Virus record (IMG/VR): IMGVR_UViG_3300005544_000001
Coordinates: 1-64,000 of that record
Direction: 5' to 3' (one strand)
Source of the DNA: a virus
Taxonomy: Duplodnaviria; Caudoviricetes
DNA length: 64,000 bases
Of this stretch, positions 44,277 through 53,200 are shown piece after piece. Both the position numbers and the translations under genes were made by a program. The notes under the pieces were generated by a model. That model ran no database searches and was not told the origin of the DNA. It saw nothing but the letters and a program-made list of their open reading frames with translations. Positions within the stretch are counted from its first letter, which is position 1. Every line of letters begins with the position of its first letter.

Positions 44277-47200
44277 ATGCCAGCCGTTTTTGTTGATGAG
44301 GAACCGCAGGCCCATTTCGTAGACGACGCAGGGCCAGCGGAGGGTCGCGCCAAGTTCCTGGAAGATCTGCCGGCGCCGACACCTCCACCCATTCCCGTCG
44401 AGCAGATAAGGACGATCCTTGAACCTGGCGTCACAGAGGGTAAAAGCGCCGAACAGGCCGACATTGAAAGGGCCAACAAAATTGGGGCCCCGCAGGTCGA
44501 GCTGAACAAACAGTCTGCGCCGTTCAATCTGCGCGAGCACCTTACGCTGGCCCGGGAGCGGCCGAGTGACAAACTCCAGTACTGGGCGCAACGGATCCCG
44601 TGGAGCCCCGCGGGTATCATTCAGCCATTGGAGGTGAAATCAGCGGCGGACCGTATTCAGGCCGGGATCGGAGAACCGAAGGATTTTGAGAAGCTGTCCG
44701 ACTTCATTGTCTCGGCGGAGAGACAGCAGAACGCGGGAGTGATTAGCAAGGCCGTTGACATCGCCACTGCGCTGCCCGCTTTCGCTGCGGAATTTTCAGC
44801 CACAGGCGGAGCGTTCACGGGGACCCGCGCGGCCGCACAAAGGGCAGGTCTTGCCGCCCTGGAAGAGTCCGCGAAAGCCGTTGCCGGAAAGGCCGCGCGC
44901 TACGTGGCAACGAAAGCTGCCGAGGCACCTGCATTTATTGCCGGTGCGGCTGCGCAAACTCTCGCCAACCCGAAGCTCATTGCTGAGAACTTTGTCCAGA
45001 ACGAGCTGAATCGCGTGAAGTTTAAGGAAGGCGATCAGGGCCAGATTGAGACGATCATAAAGGACGACGACGTCGGCTTTGCCGGGAACCTGCGTAACTC
45101 TTTCCTGAAGGCCGGCTTTGACATCGGCACAGAATACGCGGGCGAACTCCTTCACCCACTCAAGGCGGCCATCGCTGCGCGGTGGATGAATGCGGTGCCA
45201 GGGCGAACGCCTGGAGCACTTCAGAAGGCGCTTGATGCTAGCGGATGGCACGGGGTGCTGGGCGAAATGTTTGAGGAACGGTTGAACGAGTTTGCGGCAC
45301 CGCTCTACGGCGAGAATTATCAACCACCAAGCCCTCAGCAGCTCATGGCTGAGGCGCTGGCTTTCAGCGTGCCAGGCACTGCTGAACGGCTTTTATCTGG
45401 CCGCGGGCCAGCTATCGAGAAAGGTAAACAAAATGCCACTACGCAAAGGCCCGAACAGCCACGGACACAACGTGGAGAAACTGATGCAGGAATACAACCA
45501 GTCGGGGAAAATCGGGTCAACGCACCCGTCGAGCAGCCACCACGCACTCCGGATAGCGAACGCAATCGCGTACCGCCTGGAGAAGTCGCCCCGCAAGTCG
45601 AAACTCGGCCGGGGGCGCCGGTAACGACGAAGGCGCCGTTGGCTGTTCGCATCCTGACGGCTCGAGGTGTAGCGCCGGACGTCGCTGAATTTGTGGCCGC
45701 GCGCGCAGGCGACAAGCCTGCCAACGAGACGGCGGAGGATTACCGGACGCGCGTCAACGGGCTGCATGACGAGTTTGGATTCAAGGTCCCGACCGAGGTA
45801 AACCCGGCCAGCAGCGAGGCGAGTCTCCGGGCGGCTGCTGCGGCCGAAGGATTCACCGAGGAACAGATCCAGAACACGCTCGCGAAAGCGAAGGCTGCCG
45901 ATACCGCCGTTCACGCGGCGAACACGGCGCTTATCGGTCGGATTCAGGCGGCGCGACAGCCAGCGACAGTCACGCCTGAACCACCAAAGCCCCAGCGCGT
46001 GGACGTCCCTGGCGTCGGCGCCGTGAACATTCAATATCCGGCTGGTTCTGTCCGTTCCGGGGAGGACAAGGCCGGAGACAAGTGGCAGGTCACGATGCCC
46101 GCGCACTACGGCGACATCGTTGGCACGAAGGGCAAGGACAAAGATCGCATCGACATCTATGTCGGGCCGAACGCCCAGGCGCCGGGACCGGTTTACGTCG
46201 TCAACCAGTACAATCCGGAAACTGGAAAGTTCGATGAGCACAAGGTGATGGCTGGCTTTCCGTCGTTGCCAGATGCCACGGCCGCCTACGACGCGGCGTT
46301 TTCTGACGGGTCTGGACCTGCACGAAGGCAGTCCGTTCAGACATTCTCGCCGGAACAATTCCAGACGTGGCTGAAGGAAGGTGATCATTCGAAGCCGGCC
46401 GGCGGCGAGAGGATCGATTTGCAGCCGCCCCCGAAGCTCGTAACTAAGCCGGTCGCTCCTGCAACGAAACCACCAGTTCCTGAGACGAAAGCACCAATTC
46501 CTGCAACGATCCCTCCTGTTGGTGCAACAAAACCGCCTGTTGGTGAGACGCAAGCCCCGAAATCTGTAACGGGTGAGACACAACCGATTTCACCGCCAGC
46601 CGCTCCACCGGCCGGTGCTCCACCCGTTGTGGATGTTACTGCCAAACCTAGCGCGACTCGGGCGCCGGAAGCGGCGGCGGTGACTCAGGCAAAGCTCGAC
46701 GACATACGGAAGCGTCGCGAGGCGATTCAGGCAAAGTTGAGGAAGAAGCTGGGTCAGACCAACATCAGCGTTGATCCAGAGATCGCGACGCTCGTCGCTG
46801 AGCTGGCGGTCAACTACACCGAGGAGGGCGTCGTTCGTTTCGCCGATTTCGCGCGCCGGGTTAAGGAAGAGCTTCCGGACATCTGGGAGCGACTCAAGCA
46901 CTACCTGGGCGGCGCGTGGCGCACGGCGGGCGAGCAGAACATGGAATTGGACGAGGTAACCCGCGAGCAGGGCAAGGCTGCGATTCAGGCCCTCGAGGCT
47001 GAGACACCCCTCCCAAAAGAGGAAGGGGTCAAATCGCCAGAAGTCCAGCCCACCAAAAAGGAGGGCGAGGAGAATACCGAAGTCGGCATCATCCAAGACG
47101 CGCATCGCGTTGCACAGAACGCTACCGATCCGCTACGGGCGTACCGCGAACTGGTGCGGCTTTACAGCGAGCAGCCCCGACTTGGCACCCGCACGGTCAC

Positions 47201-50200
47201 GAGCAAGACCAATCAGGCTTACTCGACGCCCCCTCCGCTTGCCTACCTCGCCGGCCGACTGGCGGACTTGCGGAACGGAAAAGTAATCGCAGAGCCAACG
47301 GCAGGAAACGGGATGCTGCTGATTGAGACCAATCCTACGGCCAGGTTGCTTGCGAACGAACTTGACGCTGATCGGGCTGATCGGCTGCGCAAGAGCTTTC
47401 CGCGTGCAGACATCAGCCAGATGGACGCGTCCACCGAGGACTTCCACAACTACTTAGATGGATGGTCGCCAGACCGGGTGATCGCCAACCCGCCTTTTGG
47501 CGGCGTCATCGAGGAAGGAACCTCTCAGACAAAACGGTTCCCGATCATCAATGCCTCGACGAAGAAAGGCGAGACGCCAAGCATCGATCTGGCCATTGCC
47601 CTCAATTCTCTCGATGCAATGACGCAGGATGGCAAGGCAGTAATCATCATCGGCTCAAAGACCGGCAGCATGGCCGCTAACTTCGGCAGCGATGCCGCCC
47701 GTGCCCAGGCTTACCGCAGGCCCGAGATGCTGGAATTTTTCCGTCGATTCAACGTCAAAGACTGGTTCACGGTCAGCGGGGATCTCTACAAGAAGATGGG
47801 CGCCGGTTGGCCTGTGGATGTTATTGTGATCGACGGAAAGACGCCCACGCCGTTGCCATCAGAAGGCGGGCTGCAACGTCCGTGGATTACGCCGCCGCCA
47901 GTTTTCAACTCGTGGCATGACCTGGAAGGGAAATTAAATGATGCTCAATTACAACCAACAAGAGAGCCTAGCCCGACGCCTGGCGGAAGCAGTGGTGCTG
48001 AAAGTGCTGGCGCAGGCCAGGGAGGACCCGCAGTCCGCCCTGGGGGAACTCAAAGCCCTCGTCCACCACTTGGAAACGAACCCACCGTTCCTGCGCCTGG
48101 ACGACCTCAAGAGCCGACACGCCCTGGAATCCCAACTGGTAGGCCTGCCGTCGTTCCAGAGAGCCGTCCAGAACTTCCAACAGGAGGCGGTGGACTGGGA
48201 CAAGCTTCCGCCGAAGGATCCGCTGAAATTAACCCGGGCATGGCGCGTTTGGTCGAGGGAAAGGTTGTTCTAAACGTCCCGTATCGATCGGTGTCGAAGA
48301 ACGCCGATCCGAAATTGGTCGTGCCGGCGAACATAGCGGACTCCATGCAGCGTGCTGTGCGCCAGTTGGAAATCGACGTTGGCAAGCCGGTAGATGAATA
48401 CCTCGCCGAGAAGATGAAGTGGACGCGCGAGGAACTATTTAAGCGATTATCCAGCGCACAGATCGAGGCGGTTGCGCTGTTCGTTCGGAACTCTGAAAAC
48501 CGCGGCACTGGATTGATCAACTCCGACCAGACAGGTGTAGGTAAAGGCCGAACGGTCGCAAGCGTGATGGACTACGCTCCGAAGGTCGGAAAGATTCCGA
48601 TCTTCATCACCCAGGGAAAACATCTCTACACGGACATGGCGGGGCGCGACCTTCCAAGCATTGGGAACAAGAAGTTTAGACCATTTATCACCGACTCTGA
48701 TTACGAGTACGAGAACGGAGAGGGCACCAGTATTTCAGACAAGCCCGGCGCAGCAGCGCAACGTGAAGCCATGGAAGAGATCGCGCGCACCGGAAAGCTC
48801 CCGCCCGGCGTTCATGGCATATTCACGACCTACTACCAGTTGCAGGCGGACAAGCCACAGGGTTACAGCGAAACCCCGCAGGCGCGCGCACGGCGCAAAC
48901 GCAGGCTGACAGCCCGTCCTGACGGTCCCAGGTTGGCCATGCTGCGCGCGCTGGCTCCGAACGCGATCTTCGTGTTGGACGAGGCGCACCAAGCTGCGGG
49001 CATCGACTCGGACGTTGGTCTCTCGTTGCAATCCATCCTGCCGAATGCCGCCGGGGTCTATTACTCATCGGCGACATTCGCAAAGCGACCAGACAACCTG
49101 ACTCTGTACGCAATCGGCACCGCTCTTCGGCTTGCTGGTTTGAGCCGCACTGAGATGACCGAGTTGTTCAAGAGCGGCGGTGTCCCGATGCAGCAGGCCT
49201 TGACATCGATGCTTGCCGAGGAAGGCGAATTCGTTCGCCGCGAACAGGATATGTCGGGCGTGAAATTCGACTTCACGCCAGTCAGCTCTTCGCCCGAGGA
49301 AGAGGCGCAATCTGCGGACACTTACACCAGTTTCCTGCGCGACCTGCACGACATCGCAGATCAGGTCAACGCCGCTGCTGCCGGTTTCGTCGATGACGTC
49401 AACCAGACGCGCCCGGACGAGGCGCAGGTTGATCTGTCCGGCGTAAACTTCGGTTCACGACTGTTCAACTTGTCGAACCAGTACCTGTTCAGCCTTCGGT
49501 CGGATGCCACGGCAAACGAGGCGATTGCCGCACTGAAACGCGGACAGAAACCGTTCGTCGCAGTGTTCAATACAATGGCCGGTCCGATAGCCAACCTGCA
49601 CGAAATGGGTTTGCCTTTGGATTTCGGCGGTTTGTTGCGCCGGGAGATGGCGAAAATGCTGGAAGTCACAATTCGAGATCCGCTCGAAGACTCCGGAAAG
49701 CGCGTCGTCATCCTGAAACCAGAAGACCTTCCAGACGGCGGAGCCAAGTACCGTCAAATCGAAGAGCAGATCAAGGCGACCGACTTCGGGTCCATGCCTA
49801 TCTCTCCAATTGATGCGATCAAAAAGAAGATTCAGCAGGCAGGATATTCCATCGGCGAAATCACCGCGCGCGACGGTGAACTCACCGAAGAAGGCGGTGT
49901 CGTCAAAATTAGCAAGCGCGACCGCAGCACGCGCAACAGGATACTGCACGAGTACAACAATGCCGACGTAAAAGGCGGAAAGGCTGTCACTGGGCTGGAT
50001 GCGCTAATTGTCAATGGCTCCGGAAGCACCGGGCTTTCCGCCCATACCGATCCAAAGTTCAGGGATCAGCGGCAGCGGTACATGATCGTCGCCCAGGCAG
50101 CACCCGACATCAACGTGTTCATGCAGATGATCGGTCGCGTAATGAGGTTCGGACAAACGAGCCTGCCGGCCTATAAGGTGCTGATGACGAACCTCGCTGC

Positions 50201-53200
50201 AGAGAAACGGTTTATGACCATGCTTCGGGGCAAGCTCACGAGCCTGAATGCAAACACGTCCGCAGAGACAGAGAGCGGGATCACACAGGGCGGCTTGGCC
50301 GACGATGTGTTCAATGCAATCGGCGATGAGGTTGTCGGCGAGGTCATGTTGGCACACCCAGACTTGGCGCAGTTGGCGCGCATCCCGTTGCCGAACCCGA
50401 TGGAAGCTGACAGTTTCGAGAACTTCGCGCGTTACGCGACCGGTAGATTCGTCCTCCTTCCGAATGACGATGCGGCTCGGTTGTGGCGGGACATCTCAGA
50501 GATTTACGACGCCCGCATCCGCGCGCTAGACGAGGCAGGCGAAAACCCATTGAAAGCCAACGTGCAGGATCTGCGCGCGAAAACGACCGGTATCGCGGAA
50601 ATAGTTCCCGGCACTGGAAGCACCGCCTTCGACGGTCCAGTGAAGCTTGAGCGCATCGACATCAAGCCCGCAAAGAAGCCCTACACCCACGAGCAAGCTG
50701 TAGCCGAGTCAGAGAAGAACTCTGACGAGAACGAGAAGGCCGCAGAGGAATGGTTTGCCAAGCAAGCAACGGCCATGCGCGAGCGCATCGAAACGATGGA
50801 AAAGCGCGAAGCCAAACAGGAACAGATTGATCGCACTCGGCAGACATTGCAGGCCGTGTACGAGACGGTCACTGCGGCAAGTCGCCTGCTTGGCCAAACG
50901 GTCGGCGTGGATCCTGGAGGTACCGGGCACCCTCTGTTCTATGCAGTCCCAATCGCGCTCGAACTCAAATCTCGTGACCAAAGCGATTTTAGCTCGAACT
51001 CGAAGCACACGCTCAAGCTGGCGACAAACACGCTTCGGCGCACGATTCACCTACCCCTCTCGCAACTGAACAGCCTAAAGCTGGTCGAGGAATCCGATCC
51101 TGCCGAACAGTTCGACAACAACAGCGAAAGTACGAGCACGCGCTACGTCGCCACCGGCAATCTGCTGAAAGGCTATGCCGCAGCAAAGGGGATGTCGGCC
51201 CACATTACCAAGCCCGCGGTAACGATGTATTCCACTCGCCGCGGGGCGCTCAAGACGGGCGTGTTGCTCGGAGCCGCTTTTAATCCGAGTACCGGCGTTG
51301 CTGGTGGACGCGCAGCGGTGAATAAGCCTGACGACTTCGCGACGCTGATGGATCGGCGGACGCCGATGGCCGCCGGTCCCGTTGAAATCACCGGGACCAT
51401 CGTCACCGTCCCGTCAGGCACCTCAACCAGGAACATTTGGGGCGACCGGACTTTTCAGAATTTCTTTCAGCAGAGTCCAGTTGAGCGAGCAGGCCAGTTT
51501 CGAGGCGTCATGGATCGTCGTATGGCCTTCGACTTCTTTCGCTACCTCGCGAGCAAGGGGTTGTCTATTGTCGAGAAACAGAGCGAGGGCACCACTCGGG
51601 CGATCGAGTTTGCTGAGCCGCCGCCTGAAACCACGGCATCCGACGTCGCAAACAAGATCGCCGACGCCTTGGGGAATCTGAAGTCCGGCCAAGAACCAGG
51701 CCAACTTCACCTTTTCGGCGTCATTCCCGCCGTCTGGGACAAGGCGATCGAGATTGCCCAGGGCATCATCCGCGCCGGCGGCAAGGTGGCTGATGCGGTG
51801 GCAAAGGCCATCGAATACATCCGGGCAAACCACAAAGGCGACTGGGACGAGGCAGGCGCGCGCGGAGCGCTGGAGTCTGCGAGTCAGGGCAAGCCGGCCA
51901 CGGAGGAAGGTCTTACTGAGCCAGCCGAAGGCGAACAACCGCCCGTCGTGGACGATCACTGGGTCCCGACGCAGGTCAAAGGCATGACGTGGTACGTGCG
52001 CGACCGGGACAAACTCTCCCCGGAGAGCACCGCGCGCTCAATCGATGCCGCGGAGGCTGCTTTCACGCAGGCTGGGCTCAAGTCCGAGCGCCGGACCATG
52101 TTCGACACGGGAGATAGCCAGACCAAAAGCATCCTGTTCATTCCGGAGACGGAGAATGCCGACGAGAAGGGGCGCAAACTGGCCGAGGTGCTCGAGCGCG
52201 AGATTGCGACCCAGCGGGAGGCCGGCAAGGGCGCCGACCACGTCTCGACCCTCATCAATTCCGTGCGGGAGGGCTTCGACCAGCCCGGATCCGCCTTCCG
52301 CCAGATGAGTCAGCAGGTCCGGAACCGACTGTTTGCGCTCGCCCAGGAGGAAGCGAGCTGGCGCGGCCGTGCCCTGCGTGCGCTGGCCAACTCCAAAGCC
52401 GACATTATCCGCATCGCGCGCAATGTCGACGTCTACCTGCAGCGCATCTATTCGACGGCTTTTGCTGACAAGGCACCGGGCGCCCCCGCGGGCGCCAGCG
52501 ACATCGCTGATGACCTGCGGGCGTCATTGCGCGAGGTCCTGACCGACGAGGAAATTGACCGACTGCCGGAACTCATCGCGGATCCAGCGCAGCGCGAGCG
52601 CATCAAGGCCGCGCTCAAAAAGGCGCTGGAAAAGGTGGCACCGAAAGGCGCTAAACGTTTTGGCCGCAGGAACTGGCGCACGATCGAATCTCTAATCCAG
52701 GGCGGCATCCTTGATGACACCGAATGGTTCAAGGAACTGGCGCGCAAACGGGGCTGGAAGGTCCCGACTGACGCCGAGATCGAACAGATGCGCAAGCTGG
52801 CCGACGAGGAGCAGGCGCTTCGAAAACCGACCGACGCCGAGCTGGCCAAGGTCGGAGAGGACCCGAAGGCGCGCGAACGGCTGTTGGCCGACATCGAGGC
52901 GGCCACCAGGGAGACGCGGTTCAAGCTGCAGAAGCGCCTAGCGGTGATGTGGAGCGAGATGACGAAACCGGTTTCTCTACGGGACTATTGGGCGCAAAGG
53001 CAGAATAACGCCCGGTTCCTGAACGAGCTGATGACGGCCAACCTGCTGTTCCGGGCGTCGTTCGTCAGCAAGCAGGCTATCGACGTGGCGACACAGTGGT
53101 TCTGGAGGATGCCCATGCGCGCCGTCGCACAGGCATTGACCCTGCGTAAGAACGATTTGGCCGCTGGCAAGCAGGTTCGATTCTGGGATGACGCCCAAGC

